This document shows positions 7,798 to 17,512 of a DNA stretch of 64,000 nt, piece by piece. This DNA is from Alphaproteobacteria bacterium. Its GTDB lineage: Bacteria; Pseudomonadota; Alphaproteobacteria; UBA828. The position numbers were made by a program, and so were the translations under genes. Within the stretch, counting starts at the first letter, position 1, and each line of letters starts with the position of its first letter. Below the pieces are notes generated by a model that saw only the letters and a list, made by a program, of their open reading frames with translations, was not told the DNA's origin and did not search any database. The stretch lies in assembly GCA_965221125.1 (NCBI GenBank), contig CBDCRW010000006.1, positions 480,001 through 544,000 of the forward strand, written 5' to 3'.

Positions 7798-9369
7798 ATG
7801 CCGATAGGTCCAGTACCGCCGAGCGCGAAGAAGGTCCAGGAGATGGCCGAGTCGTTCGGCTTCACGATGAGCGACGAGGACGCCGCCCTCTACAGCGAGA
7901 TGATGGCGGGCACGCTGAACAGCTACCGCCGCCTCGATGCGATGCAGGAAACCAAGCCGGCAGTGAAGTATCCGCGCGCCGGCTCCTACCGGCCGGGGCC
8001 GGAGGAGGACCCCTACAACGCCTGGTACGTGAAGGGCGAGATCCAGGGCTCGGGCGAGGGCGTGCTCTCGGGCCTCCGGGTCGGCATCAAGGATGCGATC
8101 TGCGTCGCGGGCTTCCCCATGATCAACGGCGCCAAGGGGATGGAGGGCTACATCCCCGACATCGACGCCACCGTGGTGACCCGCGTGCTCGATGCCGGCG
8201 GGACCATCCTCGGCAAGACCAACAGCGAGGACTGCTCGTTCTCGGGCGGCAGCCACACCTCGGCCTTCGGGCCTGTGCGCAACCCGCACAAGCCGACCCA
8301 TTCCACGGGCGCGTCGTCCAACGGCAACGGCGCCGCGGTCGCGGCCGGCGACATCGATGTCAGCATCGGCGGCGACCAGGGCGGCTCGATCCGCATCCCC
8401 GCGAGCTGGAGCGGCATCGTCGGCCTCAAGCCCACCTACGGCCTCGTGCCCTACACCGGCGCCATGATGATCGAGATGACCATGGACCATCTCGGCCCCA
8501 TGACGGACACGGTCGAGAACACCGCGCGGATGCTGACCGCGATCGCGGGCGAGGACCCGCTGGATCCGCGCCAGCGCGGGCTGATCCCGCCGGGGCTCGA
8601 CATGAACTACGTGGACGGCCTCGATGCGGGCTGCAAGGGCGTCAGGATCGGCGTGCTGAAGGAGGGCTTCGACCAGGGCGCAGGCGCCGACAGCTGGGGC
8701 GACACGGGGCTGCCGCCGGGCGACAAGGTGGTCTCGGACAGCGTGCGCGCGGCGGTCGACCGCCTCGCCGGCGAAGGCGCCGAGGTGACCGAGGTCTCCA
8801 ACCCCCGCCACGAGGACGCCTATCACGTGTGGGTGCCGATCTGCGTCGAAGGCGCGCAGGCGGTCATGCTCAAGGGCAACAACACCGGCACCAACTGGCG
8901 CGGCTTCTACAACACGCAGCTGCTCGACAACGTGGCCAAGGGCGGGCGCTCCAGGCCCAACGACATGGGCGTGATGGTGAAGTACGTGCTGCTCTTCGGC
9001 GAGTACATGCAGTCGGAGTACTACAACCGCTACTACGCCAAGGCGCAGAACATCCGGGGGCAGATCACGCAGAGCTACGACGACCTGCTGCAGTCCTGCG
9101 ACGTGCTGGTGATGCCGACCACGGCGATCCTGCCGACGCCGATCCCCGGCAACGACGCGCCGCTCAGGGAGCGCATCGTGCGCACGCTCGACATGATCCA
9201 CAACACCTGCCAGTTCGACGCGACCGGGCACCCGGCGATCTCGGTGCCGTGCGGCGTGCACGACGACCTGCCCATCGGCTGCATGATCGTCGGCCGCCAC
9301 TTCGAGGACGCGAAGGTGCTGCAGGTGGCGGCGGCGCTGGAGGCGGCGAAGGACTGGAGGAGCTGCTGA
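7798..9369 (+). CDS. amidase (amidase-signature family)
   Basis: IKD Lys, GASSNG, GGDQGGSIRIPASWSGIVGLKPTYG (Ser-cisSer-Lys triad). Confidence 0.95.
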   Translation: MPIGPVPPSAKKVQEMAESFGFTMSDEDAALYSEMMAGTLNSYRRLDAMQETKPAVKYPRAGSYRPGPEEDPYNAWYVKGEIQGSGEGVLSGLRVGIKDAICVAGFPMINGAKGMEGYIPDIDATVVTRVLDAGGTILGKTNSEDCSFSGGSHTSAFGPVRNPHKPTHSTGASSNGNGAAVAAGDIDVSIGGDQGGSIRIPASWSGIVGLKPTYGLVPYTGAMMIEMTMDHLGPMTDTVENTARMLTAIAGEDPLDPRQRGLIPPGLDMNYVDGLDAGCKGVRIGVLKEGFDQGAGADSWGDTGLPPGDKVVSDSVRAAVDRLAGEGAEVTEVSNPRHEDAYHVWVPICVEGAQAVMLKGNNTGTNWRGFYNTQLLDNVAKGGRSRPNDMGVMVKYVLLFGEYMQSEYYNRYYAKAQNIRGQITQSYDDLLQSCDVLVMPTTAILPTPIPGNDAPLRERIVRTLDMIHNTCQFDATGHPAISVPCGVHDDLPIGCMIVGRHFEDAKVLQVAAALEAAKDWRSC

Positions 9370-9404
9370 GGGCGGTTGCTGAGCGGCGTCGTTGCCCTGT
9401 GAGT

Positions 9405-9514
9405 CCCCCACCTCTCCCCGACCCTCTCCTCCCCGAGGGGAGGAGAGGGAGAACGGGCGGCGCCACATTCGTTCCCCCTCCTCCTGGGAGGAGGGGGACA
9501 GGGGGAGGTGGGAA
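9405..9514. repeat. REP-like nested palindrome between convergent genes
   Basis: Imperfect outer IR CCCACCTC.../...GAGGTGGG enclosing the hairpins CCCTCTCCTCCCCGAGGGGAGGAGAGGG and CCCCCTCCTCCTGGGAGGAGGGGG. Confidence 0.75.
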
Positions 9515-9565
9515 CGTTCGGGTTGCCGTGATCGGGTAAAGTTGGAACCGCTTTAGCCGCGCGCA

Positions 9566-10672
9566 CTACAGCACGGGCTTGGCGGAGGGCGTTCGCAGGA
9601 ACGTATCGAGCGTGGAGCTGTAGGTGGTGCCCACGCCGTCGTCGTCGAAGACGACCAGGTGCTCCAGCTTGGGGAGCAGCTCGACGCGGTCCCCGGTCCG
9701 GTGCGTGTGGTGCGATTCCGCGATGCACAGGAGGCGCTCGTCGTTCTCGAGCGCCGTCAGGTACTGGTAGTGGGAGCCCCGAAACGAGATCTCCACGATT
9801 TCTCCCATGAGCTCGCTGGCATGGTCGTGAATGATGTCGTCGGGCCTGACCAGAATTTCGACGGTGCTTCCCGGCGCGATATCGTGGCCCCGGTGCACGC
9901 TGTGGATGCCGAGCACCGAGCGCAGCCTCGTCCCGTCGAGCGCCGTCGCCCGGATCAACTGCCCTTCGCCGACGAACTGCGCCACGAACTTCGAGTTCGG
10001 CAGGTGATAGAGCACGTAGGGCTCGTCCCACTGGTGGATGCGGCCTGCGTCCATGACGCCGACCCGGTCCGCCATGGCGAAGGCCTCGTTGTGATCGTGC
10101 GTGACCAGGATCGCGCTCATCCTCTCGTGCTTCAGGATGCGCCGGACCTCCGGCACGATGGTGAGCCGCAGCTCGGCGTCGAGGCTGGAGAACGCCTCGT
10201 CCATCAGCAGCAATTTCGGTTTGGGCGCCATCGCCCGCGCGAGCGCCACGCGCTGCTGCTCGCCGCCGGAGAGCGAGTGCGGCATGCGCTCGCCGTAGCC
10301 CGCGAGCCCGAAGAGCGCCAGCAGCTCGTCGACCCGGCGGCGCTGCTCCGCCTTCGCAGCGCCCCGCAGCCCGAAGGCGATGTTGCGGCCGACATCGAGA
10401 TGCGGGAAGAGTGCTACGTCCTGGAACACCATGCCGATCTCGCGCAGTTCGGGTTCCACCACGGCCTCCGGCGCGGAGAGGGGCTGGCCGTTCATGGAGA
10501 CGGTGCCGCTCAGCGGCCGCTCGAACCCGGCGATCGCGCGCAGCAGGGTCGACTTGCCGCAGCCGCTCGGCCCCAGCAGGCTGCCGATCTGCCCGGTGGC
10601 GAGCGTGAACGATGCGTCCGTCACCACCGCCTCGCCGCCGTAGCCGAGAGTCAGCGAGTCGATGGTCAGCAC
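9566..10672 (-). CDS. fbpC: Fe3+ ABC transporter ATP-binding subunit
   Basis: GPSGCGKS, LSGGEQQRVALARA, LLMDE, TOBE-like tail; operon context. Confidence 0.85.
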   Translation of the reverse strand: MLTIDSLTLGYGGEAVVTDASFTLATGQIGSLLGPSGCGKSTLLRAIAGFERPLSGTVSMNGQPLSAPEAVVEPELREIGMVFQDVALFPHLDVGRNIAFGLRGAAKAEQRRRVDELLALFGLAGYGERMPHSLSGGEQQRVALARAMAPKPKLLLMDEAFSSLDAELRLTIVPEVRRILKHERMSAILVTHDHNEAFAMADRVGVMDAGRIHQWDEPYVLYHLPNSKFVAQFVGEGQLIRATALDGTRLRSVLGIHSVHRGHDIAPGSTVEILVRPDDIIHDHASELMGEIVEISFRGSHYQYLTALENDERLLCIAESHHTHRTGDRVELLPKLEHLVVFDDDGVGTTYSSTLDTFLRTPSAKPVL

Positions 10673-10676
10673 CGGC

Positions 10677-12341
10677 CTATTCCCGCCCCGCCCGGCCGCG
10701 CGAGATCGTGCGGCTCAGGAGGATCACCGGGACGACGCCGACCAGCACGATCATGATCGACGGCGCGGCGGCGTCCGCCAGCCGCTCGTCGGAGGCCAAT
10801 TCGTAGGCGCGCACCGCGAGCGTGTTGAAGTCGAACGGCCGGAGGATGAGCGTCGCCGGCAGCTCCTTCATCACGTCGACGAACACGATCAGCAACGCCG
10901 TCAACACCGTGCTCCGCATCAGGGGAACGTGGATCTCGGCCAGCACCTGGATCGGCCGCCGCCCGAGCGAACGCGTCGCATAATCAAGGCTCGGCTTGAT
11001 CTTGTCCAAGCCGTTCTGCACGGCGCCGAGCGAAATCGCCAGGAACCGCACCGTGTAGGCGAAGAGGAGCGCGACGATGCTGCCGGAGAGCACAAGGCCG
11101 ATCTGCGCGCCCGTGAGCGACTTCGCGAGGTCGATCAGGCGGTGGTCGAGCCACGCCAGCGGCACGATGACGCCGATGGCGACGATGGCGCCGGGTATGG
11201 CGTAGCCGAGGCCGGAGATGCCGACGGAGGCGCGCACCAGCGTCGTGTTGCGGTTGCGCCGCGCGTAGCCCAGCACCAGCGCGCAGGCCACGGCGATCAC
11301 CGCGGCAAGCGCCGCCAGATAGAATGAGTTCCAGATCAGGATGAGGAACGAGGAGCCGCCCCAGTCCGCGTCGCCGACCGCCCACTTGAGAAGAACCGCG
11401 CCGGGCAGGACGAAGCCCAGCACCACCGGCAGCGCGCAGGAGAGCCAGGCCCAGGCGGCTTGCCCCCCGCTCAGCCGGATGCGGTGCTCGAAACGGGCGG
11501 CGCCGCCCGCGTCGTAGCGGGCCTTGCGGCGCGAGTAGCGCTCCAGGACGATCAGCAGGACGACGAAGAAGAGCAGCGCCGCCGAGAGCTGCGAGGCCGC
11601 GGTGATGTCGTCGAAGCCGTAGAAGGTGCGGAAGATGCCGGTGGTAAACGTGCTCACGCCGAAGTACTGGACAGTGCCGTAGTCGGCGAGCGTCTCCATC
11701 AGCGCCAGCGAGACGCCGGTCGCGATGGCGGGCCGCGCGAGCGGAATGGCGAGGCGGAAGAAGCTCCGGCGCACGCCGTAGCCGAGGGTGCGGCTCACTT
11801 CGAGCGTTGCGGCGGAGCGCTCGAGAAAGGCCGCGCGCGCCAGCAGGAAGACGTAGGGGTAGAGGACAAGGCCCAGCATCACGATGGCGCCGCCGAGGGA
11901 GCGGATCGGCGGGAACCAGTAGTCCCCGCGCCCCCAGCCGGCGACCTCGCGGATGAAGCTCTGGACCGGGCCGGGATAGTCGAGCAGCCCCGTGTAGGTG
12001 TAGGCGATGATGTAGGCGGGGAAGGCGAGCGGCAGCGGCAGGAGCCAGACGAAGAGCCGCCGTCCGGGGAATTCGCAGACCGCCGTGAACCAGGCGGCGG
12101 GCACGCCCAGGATCAGGGTCAGCGTGCCGACGCCCAGCATGAGGATGAGCGAGTTGACGACGTACTTCGCGAGGACGGTGTCCCACAGGTGCGCCCATGT
12201 GTCCCCGCTGCCGCTGCCGAACACCGATGCGACGATGATGAGCACCGGCAGGGCCACGACGAAGGCGAGAAGCGGCGCGGACGCCGCAACGATCCGAGAG
12301 GCCGACAGTGGTGACGCGGCGATCATCGTGGGCCTGGCCAT
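10677..12341 (-). CDS. fbpB: Fe3+ ABC transporter permease
   Basis: Double TM domain; ETLADYGTV and KELPATLILRPFDFNTLAV motifs; start at 12341 or 12326. Confidence 0.88.
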   Translation of the reverse strand: MARPTMIAASPLSASRIVAASAPLLAFVVALPVLIIVASVFGSGSGDTWAHLWDTVLAKYVVNSLILMLGVGTLTLILGVPAAWFTAVCEFPGRRLFVWLLPLPLAFPAYIIAYTYTGLLDYPGPVQSFIREVAGWGRGDYWFPPIRSLGGAIVMLGLVLYPYVFLLARAAFLERSAATLEVSRTLGYGVRRSFFRLAIPLARPAIATGVSLALMETLADYGTVQYFGVSTFTTGIFRTFYGFDDITAASQLSAALLFFVVLLIVLERYSRRKARYDAGGAARFEHRIRLSGGQAAWAWLSCALPVVLGFVLPGAVLLKWAVGDADWGGSSFLILIWNSFYLAALAAVIAVACALVLGYARRNRNTTLVRASVGISGLGYAIPGAIVAIGVIVPLAWLDHRLIDLAKSLTGAQIGLVLSGSIVALLFAYTVRFLAISLGAVQNGLDKIKPSLDYATRSLGRRPIQVLAEIHVPLMRSTVLTALLIVFVDVMKELPATLILRPFDFNTLAVRAYELASDERLADAAAPSIMIVLVGVVPVILLSRTISRGRAGRE

Positions 12342-12375
12342 CGTCAAGGTGTGCTGGCCAGTCTTATCGCCGGAC

Positions 12376-12423
12376 CCGCCCCGCCCCCGCAAGCCGGCGA
12401 GGGTAGGGACGGGGGACGGGGGG
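12376..12423. repeat. degenerate REP-like palindrome
   Basis: Minus strand CCCCCCGTCCCCCGTCCCTACCCTCGCCGGCTTGCGGGGGCGGGGC resembles the element at 9405. Confidence 0.45.
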
Positions 12424-12603
12424 CTGGAGCGTTTCCGATTTGCACGGAAACGCTCCAGCAATTTATCGCTCACGGCAGCCGGGCGGTCTTCGCTTCCGCG
12501 CGCCTGCCGGCGGGACCGGCCGGCGCCTCCGCGAGGGCGCCGCATAAGCGGCGGGCCGCGGTCGCGGCCTGTCGCGCGTCCGCCAGAGTCGGACGCGCTC
12601 TAA
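12424..12603 (+). repeat. dispersed multi-hairpin repeat, copy 1
   Basis: GAGCGTTTCCG-ATTTGCA-CGGAAACGCTC...TCGCTCACGGCAG...GCCGCAT...GCGGCGGGCCGC...GCGGCCTGTCGCGCGTCCG...CGGACGCGCTC, shared with 60134-60277 and 62860-63005. Confidence 0.85.
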
Positions 12604-12607
12604 GCGA

Positions 12608-13666
12608 TCAAGGCCAGCCGGCGCGGTCCATCAGCTCCACGGCCTGGCGGTTGTTCGCGCCGAGCACCGTCAGGTTGAGGGAGTCCTCGTCGAAGGTGCC
12701 GAAGGAGGCCAGCGTGTCCGAGACCGGCACGCCGGGGACGACCGGGTACTCGTGGTTGACCTCCGCGTACCAGGTCTGCGCCTCGGGTGAGACCAGGAAC
12801 TCGATCAGCCGCAGCGCGCTGTCCCGGTTCTGCGCGTGGGCCGTGATGCCGACGCCGCTCACGTTGACGTGGGTGCCGCGCTCGCCCTCGCCCTGGTTGG
12901 GCCAGAACACCGTGAGCGCGGCGGCGACGGCCCGGTCCACTTCCTTCTCGCTCGCGGCAAGGCGGCCGAAATAGTACGTGTTGGCGACGGCGAGGTCGCA
13001 TTCGCCGGCCGCGGCCGCTCTCAACTGGTCGGTGTCGCCGCCAGCCGGGTCCCGCGCAAAGTTGGCGACCATGCCTTCGGCCCAGGCCTGCGTTCGCTCG
13101 GCGCCGTTCGCCTCGATCATCGAGGCGACCAGGGACTGGTTGTAGATGTTGCTGGAGGAGCGGATGCAGATCCGTCCCTTCCATGTCGCATCCGTCAGTC
13201 CCTCGTAGGTCGACAGCGCCGAGGTGTCCACCCGGTCCCGCGCGTACATGATGGTGCGCGCCCGCTTGGACAGCGCGACCCAGTAGCCGTCGGCGTCGCG
13301 CAGGTGGGCCGGCACCGCCGCGTCGATGGTTTCGCTCCCGATCTGCTGCAGCACCCCGGCCTCCTTGGCGCGGTGCAGCCTGCCGGCGTCGACCGTGACG
13401 AAGATGTCCGCCGGAGAGGCCTCGCCTTCCAGCTCGAGGCGCTTGAGCAGGGCGTCGGCCTTGCCGGTGACAAGGTGGAACTCGATCCCGGTCTCGTCCT
13501 GGAAGCGCTCCAGGATGGGCAGGATCAGCGCTTCCTTGCGGGCGGAATAGATGTTGACGCTCTTGCCGTCCTCGGCGGAGAGCGCGCCCGGCGCGAGCAG
13601 CGCGCCGCAGAGCAGCGCGAGCGTCGCGGCGAATGCGCCGGTGCGCATAGTAATCGTTCGCAGCAT
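12608..13666 (-). CDS. fbpA: Fe3+ ABC transporter substrate-binding protein (FbpA/FutA)
   Basis: Signal peptide; NIYSARK, ADIFVTVDAGRL, RSSSNIYNQSL, ANTYY (Tyr-Tyr iron ligands), GTHVNVSG. Confidence 0.92.
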   Translation of the reverse strand: MLRTITMRTGAFAATLALLCGALLAPGALSAEDGKSVNIYSARKEALILPILERFQDETGIEFHLVTGKADALLKRLELEGEASPADIFVTVDAGRLHRAKEAGVLQQIGSETIDAAVPAHLRDADGYWVALSKRARTIMYARDRVDTSALSTYEGLTDATWKGRICIRSSSNIYNQSLVASMIEANGAERTQAWAEGMVANFARDPAGGDTDQLRAAAAGECDLAVANTYYFGRLAASEKEVDRAVAAALTVFWPNQGEGERGTHVNVSGVGITAHAQNRDSALRLIEFLVSPEAQTWYAEVNHEYPVVPGVPVSDTLASFGTFDEDSLNLTVLGANNRQAVELMDRAGWP

Positions 13667-13762
13667 CTAATCGTCCTTTCGTCGGTCTCGACCACGGCTG
13701 GGCGTCTGCCGGGCGGGAGGGTGAGCCTCGGGTCAGGGAGTGGGGGCGCTATGTGAACGCAC

Positions 13763-13779
13763 CTTAGTGTAGTTCCAAA
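13763..13779 (-). promoter_or_regulatory. ICE-like (Irr) box upstream of fbpA
   Basis: Minus strand TTTGGAACTACACTAAG, 14/17 to the TTTRGAAYNRTTCYAAA consensus, about 100 nt upstream of fbpA. Confidence 0.5.
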
Positions 13780-13834
13780 CTGATGTGCTGTCCAGGCCTA
13801 TGACGCGGCGCTTTTTGCTCACATTAGATGGGGG

Positions 13835-14146
13835 CTACTTGATATACGCGAGAGGACGAGCGGCAAGCGCCTCGTTGTAGGGATAGAATTCTATCCAATC
13901 GACCGTAATCATCTGCACACCCTCTCGGAAATAACGGACCAGAAGGCCAGGTGTACGAGCTTCCCGATTCGGCGGGAGGTTCAGCACCCGATAGCCTTCC
14001 GGTGCGCCGACCAAGGGTGTACCGCACTCCGGCTCACGCGCTATTCTCCAAGCTGCTGCCCCGTAAATGTCATCTGCCAGCGGGTGCTCTTCGACGGCTT
14101 GTTCTATAGCGCGGGTCACGCTCAGTTCCTCGCGAATTGTTAACAC
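13835..14146 (-). CDS. small hypothetical protein, putative toxin partner of Panacea antitoxin (RelE/ParE-like?)
   Basis: 103 aa, overlaps the upstream DUF4065 gene; WRIAREPECGTPL...PGLLVRY pattern is only loosely RelE-like. Confidence 0.55.
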   Translation of the reverse strand: MLTIREELSVTRAIEQAVEEHPLADDIYGAAAWRIAREPECGTPLVGAPEGYRVLNLPPNREARTPGLLVRYFREGVQMITVDWIEFYPYNEALAARPLAYIK

Positions 14147-14688
14147 TGAATATTCTCGCGAGCGCGCTCCATATGGTCCTCTGTGACCTCTCCAAGCTTT
14201 TCAGCGAACACGGTATACAGGGGGAGTTCCTCATCTCTCTCGGCCAGTTGCCATATTTCCCCATGCGTGCGCTCACTGATGTCCATAGAGGTGATGCCTC
14301 CATCCACTATGGAGGTATAGACTCGGTCTATCGTCTCACGGTCATCGTCGGATAGAAGTACAATCTCGAAATCGCCCGTCATGTCGAAGTGCGTGTTCCA
14401 GTGCCCGCTTCCGGACGCTGCACGACCGCGACGGAGAACTCCAGCCGTTTCGAGTTGATTCACGGCTATTCTGTTGTGGCGTGCGACCGGCCCGAACGGC
14501 TTCTTGATATAGACCTCGCCAGTGATCGACTCGCCGCGTCTCAGGTACGCCGAGGCGTCAGCGTACCACAAGACCTTGTTTAGCTTGATTTGGTCAAGCT
14601 TCTCAGGATGTGCGGACGCTTTTTCGCACACGAAGTAGACAGCCTCAGTCAGACGCTGAAAGAGAACGGTCATGACTCCTAACTCCAC
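14140..14688 (-). CDS. Panacea/DUF4065 (SocA/GepA-like) antitoxin
   Basis: KLNKVLWYAD...GESITGEVYIKKPFGPV...ISERTHGEIW; alternative start 14673. Confidence 0.85.
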   Translation of the reverse strand: MELGVMTVLFQRLTEAVYFVCEKASAHPEKLDQIKLNKVLWYADASAYLRRGESITGEVYIKKPFGPVARHNRIAVNQLETAGVLRRGRAASGSGHWNTHFDMTGDFEIVLLSDDDRETIDRVYTSIVDGGITSMDISERTHGEIWQLAERDEELPLYTVFAEKLGEVTEDHMERARENIQC

Positions 14689-14897
14689 CTCGCGGCAGCA
14701 GCCTTGCGTGCGATCGCGCTGCGTTCATCTGGCGTCAGAGACGCCTTGCGCGCGCATGCGCCAGCATGGCCGGCCTTCACTTTGTTCGGTTGGTTGTAGT
14801 GGCTGTCTTGGTCCTCGCCAGTGGCGATCCTCGCCACGGCCACGGCACAGCCTATTACATCAGCGGGGCGCTTCTGCCCCTGCGGCCCCTTGGGCAC
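14679..14897 (-). CDS. small basic protein of the MPKGPxGQKRPAD family (mobile-element associated)
   Basis: MPKGPQGQKRPADVIGCAVAVARIATGE...LTPDERSAIARKAAAARW; GTG start. Confidence 0.8.
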   Translation of the reverse strand: MPKGPQGQKRPADVIGCAVAVARIATGEDQDSHYNQPNKVKAGHAGACARKASLTPDERSAIARKAAAARWS

Positions 14898-15293
14898 GGC
14901 TAGCGCCGTACCGTCATGGCCATCCCTTCGCTTCTACACTTCGCGCCCATGGTCGCCTCCCTCCCTGCGAATCCAACCACCCAAGTGGCCTGCCAGTGGT
15001 TGGCTTCGGTTGCGTCGACACGCGCAATATAAGCACGCTTCATATGCTATGCACGTCATTTCCTATGTCGGTTCTATGTCAGAATGCCATCGCTCCTATG
15101 TTGACATCCGGATGAGGGGGCAGCCTCCACGCCATCCCTGTCAAGAGCATCGGAGTTCAAACTGAGTCATTATCGACGCGGCGTTCCATGCGGCGCCTGG
15201 ATCGTCGACCGATATCGGCTAGGAGCAGGTGGCGACGTTGGCTCGATCGGGTTCGGGTGCAAGACCATGTCCCGCGCCCGCGCGACGCGCGCC

Positions 15294-17381
15294 CTAGTTC
15301 GCGGGGCGGGCCCAGATGGCGGTGTCGTGGAAGACCGCGCCGCCGTTGGGATAGCCGGGCTCGGCGGAGGTCAGCGTGTTGATGCCGAGCCCTTCCTCGA
15401 AGGCGGTGTTGGGCCAGATGCTCTCGACGATCACCGTGCCGCGCTGCTGGCCGTGGCCGGTGCCGTTGGCCCGGCCATTGCCGTTCGCGATGCGCGCGTG
15501 GATGAGAACGGAGCCCCGGCGGTTGCCGATGCGGACGCGGTCGCCGTCGGCGAAGCCGAGGTCGCGCGCGTCGCCGGGGTGGAAGAGGGCGGAGGGGCGC
15601 GCTTCCTTGGCGATGCTGGTGCGCGTCTCGGTGAAGCTCGAGTTGAGGTAGTTGTGCGCGGGCGCGGTGACGAGGCGGAGGGGATGCGCGGCGTCCGGCG
15701 CGTCGATCGCCGCCATGTGGTCGGGGAAGGCCGGCATCTCCGCCCCGCGCGGCCCCATGCGCGCCCAGTCCGGCTTGAAGCGGAAGCGCCCGTCCGGCCA
15801 GCCGAAGCCCTTCAGGTGATGAGCGGTCTCGAAGTCCGGCATGCAGTCCTTCCAGCGCTCCGCCTTGAGCGTCGCGGCGTCGGGGTGGCCCGAGCGCTTG
15901 AGCGTCGCGTCGATCAGCTCCCACGCCGTCATGTCGAAGCCCGGATGCTCGGCGCCCAATCGCCTGGCGAGCGCGCAAATGACGTCGTGGTTGGAGCGGG
16001 TCTCGGCGTAGGGCTCGATCGCACGGGCGCCCATGAGCAGGTAGCTGTGGCCGCCGCCCACGTAGATGTCGTCGTGTTCGAGGAAGGTCGTGGCCGGCAG
16101 CACGATGTCGGCGTAGCGCGCCGTGTCGGTCATGAACTGCTCGTGCACCGCGAGGAAGAGGTCGTCCCGCAGGAGGCCCTCGCGCACCTTCGCCGATTCG
16201 GGCGCCACCGCCGCCGGGTTCACGTTCTGCATGACGATGGCGGTGACGGGCGGGCCATCGCCGAGGTCGCCCGGATCGCCGGTCAGCACGGCGCCGATGC
16301 GTGACATGTCGAGCGTCCGCACCGAGCGGTCGCGGGCGTCGAGCCCCTCGATCAGGGTGGCGTCGACGCCGTAGACGCTCTTGTTGGTGTGCATTGCGCC
16401 GCCGCCCTCGTGCTGCCAGGCGCCGGTGACGGCGGCGATGCAGGTGGCGGCGTGCATGTTGGCGGCGCCGTTGCGCGAGCGGGTGAAGCCGTAGCCCAAG
16501 CGGATGTAGGTGCGCTTGACGCGGCCGATCATGCGGGCGAGGGCGGTGATTTCGGCGGCCGGGATTCCGGTGATGGCGGAGGCCCAGGCGGGGTCCCGGC
16601 TCGCGAGGTGGGCCTCGAACTCTTGCGGATGATCGGTGTAGCGGGCGAGGTAGTCGCGGTCCGCAAAATCCTCGGCGAAGAGCACGTGCATGATGCCGCA
16701 GGCGAGCGCGCCGTCGGTGCCCGGCCGCAGCGCCACGTGGTGATCCGCGACCTTGGCGGTGCGGGTCTCGTAGGGGTCGACCACCACGAGCGCCGCGTCC
16801 CGCGTCTTCCGCGCCTTCGCGATGTGGGTCATGACGTTGACCTGGGTGGACGCCGGGTTGCAGCCCCAGACGACGATCAGGTCGGCCTTCGCCATCTCGC
16901 GCGGATCGGAGCCCACGTAGGTGCCGACGCCGGCCCACCAGCCGTCGCTGGAGAGGCGCGAGCAGATGGTCTCGTCCTGCCCCGAGTAGCGCATGACGTG
17001 GCGCAGCCGGTTGATGCCGTCGCGCTGCACCAGGCCCATGGTGCCGGCGTAGTAGTAGGGCCAGACCGCCTCCGCGCCATGGGTCTCGGTCGCGCGGACG
17101 AATTTCTCCGCGATCAGGTCGAGCGCGTCGTCCCAGCCGATGGGGCGGAACTCGCCGGCGCCCTTCTCGCCGGTGCGCTGCAGGGGCTGGGCGAGGCGGC
17201 CGGGATGGTGCACGCGCTCGGCATAGCGCGCGACCTTGGCGCAGATGACGCCCGAGGTGTAGTCGTTCTCCCGCGCGCCCCTGACGGCGCCGATCCGATC
17301 CGGCGCCAGCCGCTCGACCTCGAGCGCGCAGGTGGACGGGCAGTCGTGGGGGCAGGCGGTGGCAACGAACTCGCTCGGCAC
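15294..17381 (-). CDS. molybdopterin-dependent oxidoreductase (MopB superfamily)
   Basis: CPHDCPSTC...CAK Fe-S motif, VVWGCNP, DIVLPATTFLE, LNSSF C-terminal binding domain; no Tat signal visible. Confidence 0.9.
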   Translation of the reverse strand: MPSEFVATACPHDCPSTCALEVERLAPDRIGAVRGARENDYTSGVICAKVARYAERVHHPGRLAQPLQRTGEKGAGEFRPIGWDDALDLIAEKFVRATETHGAEAVWPYYYAGTMGLVQRDGINRLRHVMRYSGQDETICSRLSSDGWWAGVGTYVGSDPREMAKADLIVVWGCNPASTQVNVMTHIAKARKTRDAALVVVDPYETRTAKVADHHVALRPGTDGALACGIMHVLFAEDFADRDYLARYTDHPQEFEAHLASRDPAWASAITGIPAAEITALARMIGRVKRTYIRLGYGFTRSRNGAANMHAATCIAAVTGAWQHEGGGAMHTNKSVYGVDATLIEGLDARDRSVRTLDMSRIGAVLTGDPGDLGDGPPVTAIVMQNVNPAAVAPESAKVREGLLRDDLFLAVHEQFMTDTARYADIVLPATTFLEHDDIYVGGGHSYLLMGARAIEPYAETRSNHDVICALARRLGAEHPGFDMTAWELIDATLKRSGHPDAATLKAERWKDCMPDFETAHHLKGFGWPDGRFRFKPDWARMGPRGAEMPAFPDHMAAIDAPDAAHPLRLVTAPAHNYLNSSFTETRTSIAKEARPSALFHPGDARDLGFADGDRVRIGNRRGSVLIHARIANGNGRANGTGHGQQRGTVIVESIWPNTAFEEGLGINTLTSAEPGYPNGGAVFHDTAIWARPAN

Positions 17382-17512
17382 GGCGCATCCTCCTCAGGAT
17401 CCGGTGCGACATGGTAGCCCATCGCGTACCGCCCGGCACTCACGACATGCTTGCATGACATGCGCCAGTGAAGCGGTGACTCGCGAGACCGTTATGGCAG
17501 GATGAGGCCGCC

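Noticed and set aside
13771-13783. GTTCCAAACTGA as the left end of the islet, resembling GTTCAAACTGA at 15155
   Set aside because: Direct rather than inverted orientation, short, and better explained as part of the ICE-like box upstream of fbpA.
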